Positions 1 to 11,492 are shown, counted from the first letter of the stretch. The stretch: DNA of 64,000 bases from Polyangiales bacterium (GCA_045106895.1 JBGCFM010000086.1:1-64000); one strand, 5' to 3'. Numbers and translations are program-made. The notes: a model not told the origin generated them from the letters alone.

Positions 1-1242
1 TCTCAGCGGGCGAAAGTGGAGGACGCGTACCATTCGCTCGCCAACGCCGCGCGTGCCCTCGCAGAGCATGACGAGGCGATTCGAACACGCGCCGACCGCG
101 AAGACTTGCTTCGTTTTCAGGTGAAAGAGATCGACGAGTTGATGCCCGTCCCCGGAGAGGCGGAGACCCTTGAAGAAGAAGCGTGTCGACTGCGTCATGC
201 GTCCCGTTTGATGGAGGCGACGGGCGGCGCTGAGTCTGAGCTCTACTCCGAAGATGGTTCTCTGACGGAGCGCCTCGGCCGTATCGCTCAGCAGGTTCGA
301 GACGCCGCCGCCATCGATGGGAGCCTCGGCGACGTCGCGACGGGCCTTGAAGATGCCCTCGCGCAGCTCGAGGACGCGTCGATTGAACTTGGCCGTTACT
401 CGCGCCAACTCTCCGCGGACCCGGCTCGCCTCGCGGAAGTCGAGTCGCGTTTGTCTCTCTACGCACGGCTGCAGCGAAAGTACGGGCCCAGTGTGGAGGA
501 GCTGATGGCGCACCATCGGAGCGCGTCGGATCAGCTTGATGCTTTTGAGAACACCGAAGACCGACGACAAGTTCTGGTCAGCAGCTGCGAAGCGAAGAAG
601 AAAGCGGCGGCGAAGGTCGCCCGCGCGCTCTCCAAGGCGCGCCGCAAACACGCCGGCGCCCTCGGCAAGGCGATCAGCGGCGAGCTTCATTCATTGGGGA
701 TGGGGAGTGCACATGTCGAGGTCGACATGGCGCTGATCGCAGGGGAGGGCGGAGCCCTCGAGATCGGCGGCGGGCGTCTCACGCCGAGCGGCATCGACCG
801 CGCTGAATTTCTTATTGCGCCCAACAAGGGCGAGACGGCCCGAGCACTCTCAAAGGTGGCCAGCGGTGGTGAGCTCTCTCGATCGTTGCTCGCCATCAAG
901 AGGGTTCTCGCGGGGCTCAGGCCCACCGGCATGTACGTGTTTGACGAAGTCGATACCGGCGTCGGCGGCGCCGTCGCCGAGGTCATTGGGACAAAGCTCG
1001 TGGAGGTCGCTCAGCATCACCAGGTGCTCTGCATCACTCATCTCGCACAAATCGCGGTGTATGGGGATACCCACTTTCAAGTCAGCAAGGAGATCGATGG
1101 CGAGCGCACGCGTAGCGTTATTTCACGTCTCAGCGATGCAGAACGACTTGAGGAGGTCGCGCGGATGGTCGGAGGCATGCGCATCACACGGCGCACGCGT
1201 GCTGCCGCCGCTGAGCTCTTGGCCGGGGCTCAAGCCGCGTAG
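1..1242 (+). CDS. recN: DNA repair protein RecN, C-terminal part (5' end outside window)
   Basis: Frame open from base 1; coiled-coil followed by ABC signature VASGGELSR, Walker B VFDEVDTGVGG and CITHLAQIA. Confidence 0.95.
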   Translation, partial: SQRAKVEDAYHSLANAARALAEHDEAIRTRADREDLLRFQVKEIDELMPVPGEAETLEEEACRLRHASRLMEATGGAESELYSEDGSLTERLGRIAQQVRDAAAIDGSLGDVATGLEDALAQLEDASIELGRYSRQLSADPARLAEVESRLSLYARLQRKYGPSVEELMAHHRSASDQLDAFENTEDRRQVLVSSCEAKKKAAAKVARALSKARRKHAGALGKAISGELHSLGMGSAHVEVDMALIAGEGGALEIGGGRLTPSGIDRAEFLIAPNKGETARALSKVASGGELSRSLLAIKRVLAGLRPTGMYVFDEVDTGVGGAVAEVIGTKLVEVAQHHQVLCITHLAQIAVYGDTHFQVSKEIDGERTRSVISRLSDAERLEEVARMVGGMRITRRTRAAAAELLAGAQAA

Positions 1243-1296
1243 GGCGCCATCGCCGAGACGTGTGTCCCAGGTTTGTGCGACGCTGGCTTGGACGCC

Positions 1297-2499
1297 ATGA
1301 GCGAGGAGGTCAAAGAGCGAGCGATTCTCCACGTGGACATGGACGCGTTCTATGCCTCCGTTGAGCAACGAGACGACCCGACCCTCAAAGGTAAGCCAGT
1401 TATCGTCGGCGGTGATTCGCGGCGAGGAGTCGTTTCGGCGGCCTCGTACGAAGCTCGCACCTATGGCGTCCACTCGGCTATGTCGATGGTGGAAGCGATG
1501 CGTCGCTGCCCGGACGCCGTAGTGACCATGCCACGCATGAGCCGCTATGCCGAGGTGAGTGAACAGGTGTTCGACGTCTTTCATCGCTACACCCCGCAGG
1601 TGGAAGGGCTGAGCATCGACGAGGCTTTCCTTGACGTCACCGGAAGCCGCACGCTCTTCGGGAGCGCCGTGGAGATCGCGAAGGCTATCAAAGCGGAGAT
1701 CCTGAAAGAAACGTGCCTTCATGCTTCGGCGGGCGTCGCTAACTCCAAGTTTGTCGCGAAGGTGGCGAGCGACCTAGATAAACCGAACGGTCTTGTTGTC
1801 GTCGCCGCTGAAAGCGTCGCTGAGTTTCTTGCGCCGCTGGCCATTGAGCGAATGTGGGGCGTCGGGCCCAAAGCCGCCGCGCGTCTACGTGGGTTGGGGT
1901 TTGACACTTTCCATGACTTGGCGAGTACATCGCCGGATGTGCTGGAGTCGCTCCTTGGAAGTCGCGGCAGGCACCTGCACCGTCTCGCTCAAGGCATCGA
2001 CGAACGTGCCGTGTTTGGCGGAAGAGACGCCAAGAGCATCGGCGGGGAAGTTACGTTTGAAGCGGACCTCCGCGAGCGCGACGCCATCGAAAAGCACCTC
2101 CTCGCCCAGAGCGTCCGAGTCGCCGGGCGTCTGCACTCCGCCGGCCTCTGGGCCAGCGTGGTCACCGTGAAGATCAAGTACGGCGATCACCGATCGAAGA
2201 CACGTCAGATGCGTGTTGAGCCACCGCTCGCTGGCACGGACGCGATCTTCGCGGCTGCGTGTGCCCTCCTAGAGCGGTTTTCGGGTCTCGAGCGTGGGGT
2301 TCGCCTGTGTGGTGTCTCCGTGAGCGATTTCGTGAGCGACGCCCCACTTGAGCTATTCGCGGACGAAAAGCGTGAGCGAAGCGAGCGACTTGAAGCCCTC
2401 ACGGGAGAGCTCCGAACTCGATTCGGCAAGCAGGGCGCCACGCGCGCACGCCTCCTGAAGAGCGAAGGGAAGGGCCGAAAGAAGACGGGGCGTGAATGA
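1297..2499 (+). CDS. dinB: DNA polymerase IV (Y family)
   Basis: ILHVDMDAFYASVEQ, SYEAR, SIDEAFLD, KPNG motifs; clamp-binding-like PLELF near C-terminus; ATG 1297 chosen. Confidence 0.95.
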   Translation: MSEEVKERAILHVDMDAFYASVEQRDDPTLKGKPVIVGGDSRRGVVSAASYEARTYGVHSAMSMVEAMRRCPDAVVTMPRMSRYAEVSEQVFDVFHRYTPQVEGLSIDEAFLDVTGSRTLFGSAVEIAKAIKAEILKETCLHASAGVANSKFVAKVASDLDKPNGLVVVAAESVAEFLAPLAIERMWGVGPKAAARLRGLGFDTFHDLASTSPDVLESLLGSRGRHLHRLAQGIDERAVFGGRDAKSIGGEVTFEADLRERDAIEKHLLAQSVRVAGRLHSAGLWASVVTVKIKYGDHRSKTRQMRVEPPLAGTDAIFAAACALLERFSGLERGVRLCGVSVSDFVSDAPLELFADEKRERSERLEALTGELRTRFGKQGATRARLLKSEGKGRKKTGRE

Positions 2500-2525
2500 A
2501 CTCACGAGGGTGCGCTCGGAAGTGA

Positions 2526-4310
<1,785 letters not shown>

Positions 4311-4405
4311 CCACTTTCGGTCGATCGCGCCGAAACGAATGCTGAGGACGGACCGAATTGTCGCGGTCCCTCCCTCTGCTTTGGCGTTTTCTAGGCTTTT
4401 TTGAA

Positions 4406-4421
4406 CGGCACGGTGCATGCT
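4406..4421 (+). promoter_or_regulatory. putative sigma-54 promoter
   Basis: CGGCACGGTGCATGCT has exact GG-N10-GC spacing about 40 bp upstream of ATG 4460. Confidence 0.55.
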
Positions 4422-4459
4422 TCTTAGCCCAGCGGGCAATCCCGCAGAATGAGAATCCA

Positions 4460-5263
4460 ATGAAGACCCCATCCCTCGCTTTCGCTTTTCTTTTCCTTTT
4501 CGCTTGTGGCGATGACGACGCCCGCACAGACGCCGGTGGGCTCGATGCCGGTCCAAGCCCCGACTCCGCTGTCGTCGACAGCGGCGGAAGCGATGTCGGC
4601 GGAAGTGACGCAGGGCCGCGAACGGACTCTGGCCCCGGAACGGACAGCGGAACCCCCGACGTGGGCCCGATGATCGACGCAGGGCCTCAAGGCGCCCTCT
4701 GCCCAGCAGCAGAGATGTGCAACCCGGTCCTCGGAACCGGCTGTGAAGGCTCAGAGAGCTGCTTTGTCGCCGGGAGCGCGGACTCGGCCATGACCGTGTG
4801 TGGTGGTCCAGGCGCAACCCCCATCGGTGGAGACTGCACGACGGCGGACGGTTGCCAGAGTGGACTCAGCTGCATCGGTGGCAAGTGCCAGCCTCTTTGC
4901 TGCGGGGATTCCGATGCGGACTGCCCAACGGGCGGCGTTTGTAACGGATTGAGCAACCTCGAGGGTATCGGCGTGTGCCTCTTGCCGGACGGCTGCAACC
5001 TCGTGATGCAGACCGGGTGTGACGACGGCCTGGGTTGTTACCCACTCTCTTCTGAAGGCGGGACTCGCTGTGCGACGAGCGGTGCCGCCGCCGTCGGCGC
5101 TGCGTGTGAAGCATCCAACGACTGTGCGGGCGGCACCATCTGTCTCGACGACGGTACCTGCCATTCTCTTTGCGAGCTTGAGTCCGACACGTGTGGCGAC
5201 CAGCGCTGTTCCCCTCTCAACGGCTTCGAGGCAGTAGGGGTCTGCGTTGCGCCCAGCGAGTGA
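4460..5263 (+). CDS. Cys-rich repeat lipoprotein
   Basis: Lipobox LFAC, DAG/DSG linker, two Cys-rich repeats; ATG 4460. Confidence 0.85.
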   Translation: MKTPSLAFAFLFLFACGDDDARTDAGGLDAGPSPDSAVVDSGGSDVGGSDAGPRTDSGPGTDSGTPDVGPMIDAGPQGALCPAAEMCNPVLGTGCEGSESCFVAGSADSAMTVCGGPGATPIGGDCTTADGCQSGLSCIGGKCQPLCCGDSDADCPTGGVCNGLSNLEGIGVCLLPDGCNLVMQTGCDDGLGCYPLSSEGGTRCATSGAAAVGAACEASNDCAGGTICLDDGTCHSLCELESDTCGDQRCSPLNGFEAVGVCVAPSE

Positions 5264-5297
5264 CTCCTCTTTATAGGCGTCTCCAACACCCCACCGC

Positions 5298-6131
5298 ATG
5301 AGCAACCCCTCCCCATATGATAGATCGCGAATCAGCATCCTGATGATGTTGATCGTGTTCTGTGCCTGTGAAAACGACCCGGGCGACCCGGATGCGGGGC
5401 GCATGGATGCATCGATGCCCGACGCTCAAGTCGTTCTCGATGCCACGGAGTTTTTCCCGGATAGCGGTGATGTGGGTCCGGCAGCGGACGCGAACTACCC
5501 AAGCGATGTCGGCGTCGACAGTCCGGGAGATCTATGTCCGGGTGACTGTCGCCCCGACGAGGGGCGATGCCGTGACTTGGGGGCCTGCGTTCTCTGGTCA
5601 GAGACTGCGGCCTGTGTCCCTCTGGGAGGAAGCCTGAGCTTGGGCAGCCCGTGCGAGGAGACGGACCAGTGTATGGCTGGACTGGCGTGCTTCGCCGGCG
5701 AAGGTGGCGGCGTCTGTGGACGGGTCTGTTGCCGAGCGGATCCAACATCTTGCGAAGGTGAAGACGTCTGCTCGGGCTCCGGAATGCTGGTGGATGGGAC
5801 GATGACCGAGTTTGGTTTCTGCGGGCCATCGCGTACCTGCAGCCTGCTCAATCCCGCGTCCTGCGGCGAGGGCGAGGGCTGCTACTTGATTGGCGAAGGC
5901 GGGACGGACTGCCGACCAGCGGGCACCATCGGGGTCGGCGAGGCCTGCGAAGGGCCGTCTGACTGCCTGCCTGGGCTCGGGTGTGTCGGTGCCTTCAACA
6001 AGCAGTGCGCTCGGAACTGCCGCATTGGGGCACCGGACGCGTGTCCTCCGGCGGAAGGCGAGTGCCGCGCATTTGCCGACTCCCCGGAAGGCGCCGGACT
6101 CTGTTCTGGTTCTGCATCGCGACGTCCCTGA
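5298..6131 (+). CDS. Cys-rich repeat lipoprotein, paralog of upstream gene
   Basis: Lipobox-like FCAC, DAG linker, Cys spacing similar to 4460..5263. Confidence 0.8.
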   Translation: MSNPSPYDRSRISILMMLIVFCACENDPGDPDAGRMDASMPDAQVVLDATEFFPDSGDVGPAADANYPSDVGVDSPGDLCPGDCRPDEGRCRDLGACVLWSETAACVPLGGSLSLGSPCEETDQCMAGLACFAGEGGGVCGRVCCRADPTSCEGEDVCSGSGMLVDGTMTEFGFCGPSRTCSLLNPASCGEGEGCYLIGEGGTDCRPAGTIGVGEACEGPSDCLPGLGCVGAFNKQCARNCRIGAPDACPPAEGECRAFADSPEGAGLCSGSASRRP

Positions 6132-6156
6132 GTCTTTGAGCCCTCACGCTAGGCCG

Positions 6157-7041
6157 CTAGAACAGATCGAAGTCGTCGTCCCAAGCTGCCTTGGGCCGCT
6201 CGAAGAGATCGAAGTCTGATGCCCCGACCAGGCTCAAGGACGGCACGCGCGCTTCCCCGTCGGTGGCGCGAAAATGTGACTCGGCTTGTGGCGCGTAGTC
6301 TGGAGGGGGCCCTTCACGTGCGAGGCCGTCGCGCACAGGATCGTAGAGTGGCCCTTCATGAATGAAGGCGAAGCGAGGCGTCTCCTCGGAGGACGTTGCC
6401 GGCAACGCAAACGTAGAGCCTGTCGACTTCAGCGCTGGGTCATTGGTGCCGCCAGCGCGCTCGGAGCCGATGGCCCATACCTGCGCCCAATCTTCTGCGC
6501 GGACCGGACGCTTGAACGGAAGGCAGAGCCGGAACTTTGGGACGCCTGGCCGAAACGACCAGGTCGAATGCACGATGTGATAGTGGTCGCGAAACCGTTC
6601 GCTCATCTCGTGGGGGTCCGCGGCGCTGTCAAAATCTAGGACGAGCGCACTCATCGCCACGACGTTCTCACTCTCGCGCCTGCCGTCTTCCGTGTAGTGG
6701 GCGGGGGACCACAACCGCAGGTCGGTCTTCGCTCTGGCGCCTGCCCGCTTACGAAGTCGGTCGAACGCGATACCGACGTCGTCGATACCCGTGCGCTGCA
6801 TCTGCTCACGGATGACCCGCCCGAGGCGGCCCTTTAAAACACCGCTCGCGTCATAGGAGCGCCTGGCTTCATCGATCTTGCCCCGGTCGCGTTCGACCTG
6901 TCGGGCCAGCTTCGGCTTGAGGAGAAACGTCGTCAGCCCAGCGCTCAGCTCCGAAAGGGAGACGACGTCGCGAGACGGAACCACGTCGAACACCCGCTGG
7001 AAGTGGGCGACGGCGAAGCGCTCCTTGGTCTGCGAGCTCAT
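6157..7041 (-). CDS. stand-alone AEP primase-polymerase-like protein
   Basis: WSPA..RR..ENV...SALVLDFD, HSTWSF..PKFRLCLP.KRPV, DPA.K resemble phage/plasmid prim-pol N-terminal domains. Confidence 0.65.
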   Translation of the reverse strand: MSSQTKERFAVAHFQRVFDVVPSRDVVSLSELSAGLTTFLLKPKLARQVERDRGKIDEARRSYDASGVLKGRLGRVIREQMQRTGIDDVGIAFDRLRKRAGARAKTDLRLWSPAHYTEDGRRESENVVAMSALVLDFDSAADPHEMSERFRDHYHIVHSTWSFRPGVPKFRLCLPFKRPVRAEDWAQVWAIGSERAGGTNDPALKSTGSTFALPATSSEETPRFAFIHEGPLYDPVRDGLAREGPPPDYAPQAESHFRATDGEARVPSLSLVGASDFDLFERPKAAWDDDFDLF

Positions 7042-7054
7042 CGCTCAGCGAGGA

Positions 7055-7756
7055 CTAGAAGCGCATGTCGAGCTGCAGCCCGTTTGTCGTGCCGAGTTGC
7101 GGAAGAAGAGACCACTGGCGCCCGTCCGTGTCGTTGTCCCCGTAGTACTCGACGTAGCGTCGCTTCATGACCATGCCGAGAATGAACATCGTGAGGCCGC
7201 CAGCCTGAAGAAGTGAGTCCACCACGATCATGGTGTCTCCGGCGCGACTGCCGTTTCCGAGGTAGAGGAGAGGCCCGATGACGGGGATTCCGACAGCGCC
7301 CTCTTCGAAGGCCACACCGATCAACAGCGTCGTAATCCATGGAACGCCAAACATCACCGCGCCGGACACGACGAGGCCGGTCCGACGCCGCTCGACGAGA
7401 ACACCACCCGGGGGCATCGGCGCGCCTTCGACGTAGGGAGCCCGAAGTCGGCGGCCCTGAAGGGGTTGTTGCGGAGCGTACGCTGGTTGCGGTTGTTGGT
7501 AGGGTTGAGCGTAGACCGGCGCAGGCTGAGCTGCTGGCTGGGTCTGAGCCGGTTGCGCCGGATATCCTTGTGGCTGCTGCGCCGGATATCCCTGTGGCTG
7601 CTGCGCCGGGTAGCCATCTGGCTCAGCGGGCTGCGCTTCGGGCTCGACGATGAACACATCTTGAGGGGCGTCCGCTGCCGTATCCTGCGCTGCTGCTGGG
7701 CCCGCAATGAGTGTGGCGCACGCAAGAAGAAGTAGAAGTGACTTGGTTTGGCTCAT
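7055..7756 (-). CDS. secreted Pro/Gln-rich protein with hydrophobic hairpin and C-terminal beta-strand
   Basis: Signal peptide MSQTKSLLLLLACATLIAGPAAA; GYPAQQPQ repeats; ends GLQLDMRF; ATG 7756. Confidence 0.75.
   Translation of the reverse strand: MSQTKSLLLLLACATLIAGPAAAQDTAADAPQDVFIVEPEAQPAEPDGYPAQQPQGYPAQQPQGYPAQPAQTQPAAQPAPVYAQPYQQPQPAYAPQQPLQGRRLRAPYVEGAPMPPGGVLVERRRTGLVVSGAVMFGVPWITTLLIGVAFEEGAVGIPVIGPLLYLGNGSRAGDTMIVVDSLLQAGGLTMFILGMVMKRRYVEYYGDNDTDGRQWSLLPQLGTTNGLQLDMRF
7545..7616 (-). repeat. intragenic 24-bp tandem repeat (GYPAQQPQ, about 3 copies)
   Basis: Repeated tgcgccggatatcc(t/c)tgtggctgc; boundaries approximate. Confidence 0.8.
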
Positions 7757-7865
7757 CGAAAGTTCCTTGGCCGCATCATACGTACAGCAGTCGGGACTGT
7801 CACACTGTTGTGACGAAGACAGCGCTGTCACCTGGCGCACCTCCGAGGCTATGCTTCGGAGCCCG

Positions 7866-10088
7866 ATGAACCGCGACTCCGACAAGAAAGCAACGAAGGC
7901 CCCAGACCTTCGTGACCCAGCACTTTTCATCAATCGTGAGCTTTCGTGGCTGGAGTTTAACCAGCACGTCCTTGATGAGGCGCGCGACACAGACGTACCG
8001 CTCTTGGAGCGACTGAAGTTCCTCTCGATCACTCAAACGAACCTCGACGAGTTCTTCATGGTGCGCGTCGCTGGCCTCTTGGAACAGCGCGCCGAGGATG
8101 TCCGAGACATCCCGCCTGACGGGATGTCCGCCAGCGAACAGATCGACGCCATCACCGAGCGGGTGTCCTCGATGGTGGATTCCATGAGCCAGACTTTTCT
8201 GGATCACGTCATCCCCGGGTTGGCGGCGGAAGGGGTACACCTGACGAAGCCATCGGAACTCGACGTTGGCGAGCAGGGACGGCTACGCCGCTTCTTCGCG
8301 GAGCAGGTCTATCCGATCCTCACGCCTCTTGCGCTCGATCCGGGTCACCCGTTTCCTCATGTGCCCAACCGGCGCATCCACCTCATCGTGATGCTTAGTG
8401 GCGACGGGGGCGCAGAACCCGCATTCGCCGTGGTCCAAGTGCCTGGGGTTCTTCCCCGGCTCTTGCCGGTGCGACAAGGCGACGACGAGTCCCACTATGT
8501 CCTCTTGGATGACGTCATCGCGGACAACGCCGGCGAGCTCTTTCGCGGGTTCGAGCACAAAGGGGCCTGGCCGTTTCGCGTCGTTCGTAACCACGACCTG
8601 AGCATCGATGAGGAGGAAGCCGAAGATCTCCTCGAGATGATTCACGAGGAGGTCCGCCGGCGCGATCGCGGCAACGCCGTCGCCCTCGAAGTCAGCTCGC
8701 GCTGTCATCCAGAGGCCACAGCGTTCCTCGCCAGCGCGCTCAACGTCGAGGACCGCTTGGTCTACTCCGTCGGCGCCCCGCTCGCGATCAATGAGCTCAC
8801 TACGCTGGGCTCGTCGCTAAAACACCGACCTGCGCTATGGGATTCAAGCTTTCAGCCGCGCCGCTCGCCCGCATTTGCGACAGGTGATTCGCCCTTCGAC
8901 GTCATCCGGGAGCGAGACGTCGTCCTTCATCACCCCTATGAGAGCTTTGACCCCGTCGTGGACTTCGTCGAGGCCGCGGCGGCGGATCCGGACGTGTTGG
9001 CCATCAAGCAGACGCTCTATCGAACGAGTGGGGACAGCCCCATCGTCAAAGCGCTGATTCGCGCTGCCGAGAACGGGAAACAAGTCGCCGCGCTGGTGGA
9101 GATCAAGGCCCGCTTTGACGAGGAGAACAACATTCAGTGGGCGCGCCGTCTTGAGAGTTGCGGCGTTCACGTGGTCTACGGCCTCGTTGGTCTGAAGACC
9201 CACTGCAAGGTCGTGCTTGTCGTACGACGCGAGGGAGGGGCGCTCCGCCGTTACGTTCACCTAGGAACGGGAAACTACAACCCGGCGACGGCACGTCTGT
9301 ACACAGATGTCAGCATGTTCACGGCGCGGCCTGAATTCGGCGAAGACGCGACGGCGCTCTTCAACCTGCTCACGAGCTGCACGCCGCCCCGAGAGTGGAA
9401 GCGGCTGATCACGGCACCACTGGGCTTGCACGAGTCGGTGCTTGGAATGATCGAACGCGAAGCGGCTTATGCCCGCGCGGGAAAGCCGGCTCGTATCTTG
9501 GCGAAGATGAACTCGTTGCAAGAGGTGGACGTCATACGAGCGCTCTATCGCGCATCTCAAGCGGGGGTTGAGATCGATCTCATCGTTCGCGGGATCTGTT
9601 GTTTAAGACCCGGCGTTCCAGGGGTGAGCGAGAACATTCGAGTGCGGAGTATCGTGGACCGTTTTCTCGAGCACAGCCGAGTGTTCTTCTTCGAATCTGG
9701 CGGGCGACAGCTTCTCTTTGGGGCGAGCGCCGACTGGATGTCGCGCAACTTTCATCGGCGCGTGGAGGTCATGTTTCCGATCCTGGACGAGGCGGGCAGG
9801 CGTCGACTCCTCGACGACCTGTTCGGCGTGGGCCTCTCTGACAACTCGAAAGCCAACGAGCTCAAGAGCGACGGCTCATACGAGCGGGTCATTCCTGACG
9901 AGGGCGATGACCTTCGTCGCTCCCAAGCGATGCTCCTGGGGCGTGCAAAGTCAGCCGAGAAGGAAGCGGAGGATCGCGTACGCGCCGAGCGGCCGTTTAT
10001 CGTTCGACCCGTGCGCCAGCGGCCAACGAAGATTCGCCCGACGATGACACCGCTACGTGACGAAGAGCCGGAAGAAGTTCCGATCTAG
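7866..10088 (+). CDS. ppk1: polyphosphate kinase 1
   Basis: FINRELSWLEFN, NLDEFFMVRVAGL, HHPYESF, HLGTGNYN, RFLEHSR; start 7851 or 7866. Confidence 0.97.
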   Translation: MNRDSDKKATKAPDLRDPALFINRELSWLEFNQHVLDEARDTDVPLLERLKFLSITQTNLDEFFMVRVAGLLEQRAEDVRDIPPDGMSASEQIDAITERVSSMVDSMSQTFLDHVIPGLAAEGVHLTKPSELDVGEQGRLRRFFAEQVYPILTPLALDPGHPFPHVPNRRIHLIVMLSGDGGAEPAFAVVQVPGVLPRLLPVRQGDDESHYVLLDDVIADNAGELFRGFEHKGAWPFRVVRNHDLSIDEEEAEDLLEMIHEEVRRRDRGNAVALEVSSRCHPEATAFLASALNVEDRLVYSVGAPLAINELTTLGSSLKHRPALWDSSFQPRRSPAFATGDSPFDVIRERDVVLHHPYESFDPVVDFVEAAAADPDVLAIKQTLYRTSGDSPIVKALIRAAENGKQVAALVEIKARFDEENNIQWARRLESCGVHVVYGLVGLKTHCKVVLVVRREGGALRRYVHLGTGNYNPATARLYTDVSMFTARPEFGEDATALFNLLTSCTPPREWKRLITAPLGLHESVLGMIEREAAYARAGKPARILAKMNSLQEVDVIRALYRASQAGVEIDLIVRGICCLRPGVPGVSENIRVRSIVDRFLEHSRVFFFESGGRQLLFGASADWMSRNFHRRVEVMFPILDEAGRRRLLDDLFGVGLSDNSKANELKSDGSYERVIPDEGDDLRRSQAMLLGRAKSAEKEAEDRVRAERPFIVRPVRQRPTKIRPTMTPLRDEEPEEVPI

Positions 10089-10105
10089 AGTTCGGATCTA
10101 GAGTT
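10076..10105 (+). repeat. 13-bp tandem duplication of the ppk1 3' end including its stop codon
   Basis: agttccgatctag agttcggatctag agtt. Confidence 0.75.
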
Positions 10106-10107
10106 GG

Positions 10108-10665
10108 CTACTCGCTCTTCTCGTTCTGTTTGCGAACGTGATCGGCGAAACCGCTAGACTGGGGCGCGTCGACCTCGACCTCGGGCTCGGGGAGGTCTGC
10201 ATCGAGCTCGTCGAGGAAGCGCTTCATGAGTCCGTCCAGCATGAGGTCCTGGTCGGGGACAGGGCTTGGCCCGCTTCGCACACTCTCGTAGCGAGGACGG
10301 TATTCTTTGATGAGCTCACGGTACCGAATAATCTTGCGGCCGATGAGCTTGTGGTTCTTTCCGTAGACCGCAAGCAAGGAGGCGACGGACGCGCCGGTGA
10401 GAAGCAGCCCGATAGGTCCACCAAGAAATGCGCGGACCAAGAGCGCGACGGCGGTTGCACCCGCGGCGCCGGTCAGCAGCTTTTTGCCGGACTCCAGACT
10501 GACAGTCTTGTCGAGAGCAACGGCCCATGAATGGCGCGACGCGAGCATGAGCGCCAAGAAGGTCGCTCTCGAGGATGACTTTCGTTCCCAGCAGCGCTGA
10601 ATCGAAGCGCGTACAAAGTCGTTGTAGGTCGGGTAGGCGCTTTCGGTGGTCATCGCGCTGAGCAT
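10108..10665 (-). CDS. hypothetical protein with Gly-rich hydrophobic hairpin
   Basis: LLTGAAGATAVALLVRAFLGGPIGLLLTGASVASLLAVYG; last gene of a long minus-strand run. Confidence 0.7.
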   Translation of the reverse strand: MLSAMTTESAYPTYNDFVRASIQRCWERKSSSRATFLALMLASRHSWAVALDKTVSLESGKKLLTGAAGATAVALLVRAFLGGPIGLLLTGASVASLLAVYGKNHKLIGRKIIRYRELIKEYRPRYESVRSGPSPVPDQDLMLDGLMKRFLDELDADLPEPEVEVDAPQSSGFADHVRKQNEKSE

Positions 10666-10676
10666 AAGGCTCTTCG

Positions 10677-11492
10677 CTACGTTCGGCTACCGGGGTGAAG
10701 GTCGATGCTTCGATGGCTGCGATGGAGCACCGCCCGGGCGCAGGTCGCGCCGTCACTCACTCGCTCGATCTTGTGTTCGCTCACCAGCCCGCGGCTGCTC
10801 TTTCCGACCAATAAAGTACGTACGCGTGCGCGATCGCCGGCGACGAGCCCGCGGAGAAAGGTCACAGACTCGGCCTCTGGCACCAGCTCGCTTGCGTCGA
10901 TGCCCCGGCCTTGAAGCTCACGCATGAGACCCTCTTCGGCGAAGTCGAGGTACTGCGGGTGGTTGACGTGGCCCAGCGGGTCCATCCAGGTATTCCACAC
11001 ATCGAACTCAAAGCTGAACTCTTGCTCTTCGGCTCCGGCGGGGGTCCAAGCGGGAAGCTCGATGGTTGGACTATCGACGGGCGGAAAGGCGGCGACGAGC
11101 TCGGGCGTGCCTCGCGCCGGCTTCATCGAGGCGTCGACGTGAACCCACTCTTGCGTACCCGACGCTAGGGGAAGCTTCTCGCCTTCCACGTCGACACTCA
11201 GGCGCACCTCGCGTGTGCTCAAAGTGTCGCGTCGCATTCGGCGGACCCATGTCTCGCCGGCGTATTCTTCGCCGTAGGAAGCTGTCCTGTGGTGGACGAC
11301 GCTCATGCTTCGCATGACGAACGCGCATCCATGTTCGCGATAGCGCGCCGGCGGCCACCCGTTGATCGTCGACGCGCCAACCGCCAGTTCCTGAAACGCC
11401 CGCCACAGGTCCGCGGCGCGCGCATTGTCGTTCGGGTCGAAGGCGTGACGCGGAAGATACGCCTCCGCGTGGTAGCGCGGCACCATGTTCAT
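10677..11492 (-). CDS. acyl-ACP/acyl-CoA thioesterase (double hot-dog fold)
   Basis: FQELA in N-terminal half, WMDPLGHVNHPQY in C-terminal half. Confidence 0.85.
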   Translation of the reverse strand: MNMVPRYHAEAYLPRHAFDPNDNARAADLWRAFQELAVGASTINGWPPARYREHGCAFVMRSMSVVHHRTASYGEEYAGETWVRRMRRDTLSTREVRLSVDVEGEKLPLASGTQEWVHVDASMKPARGTPELVAAFPPVDSPTIELPAWTPAGAEEQEFSFEFDVWNTWMDPLGHVNHPQYLDFAEEGLMRELQGRGIDASELVPEAESVTFLRGLVAGDRARVRTLLVGKSSRGLVSEHKIERVSDGATCARAVLHRSHRSIDLHPGSRT

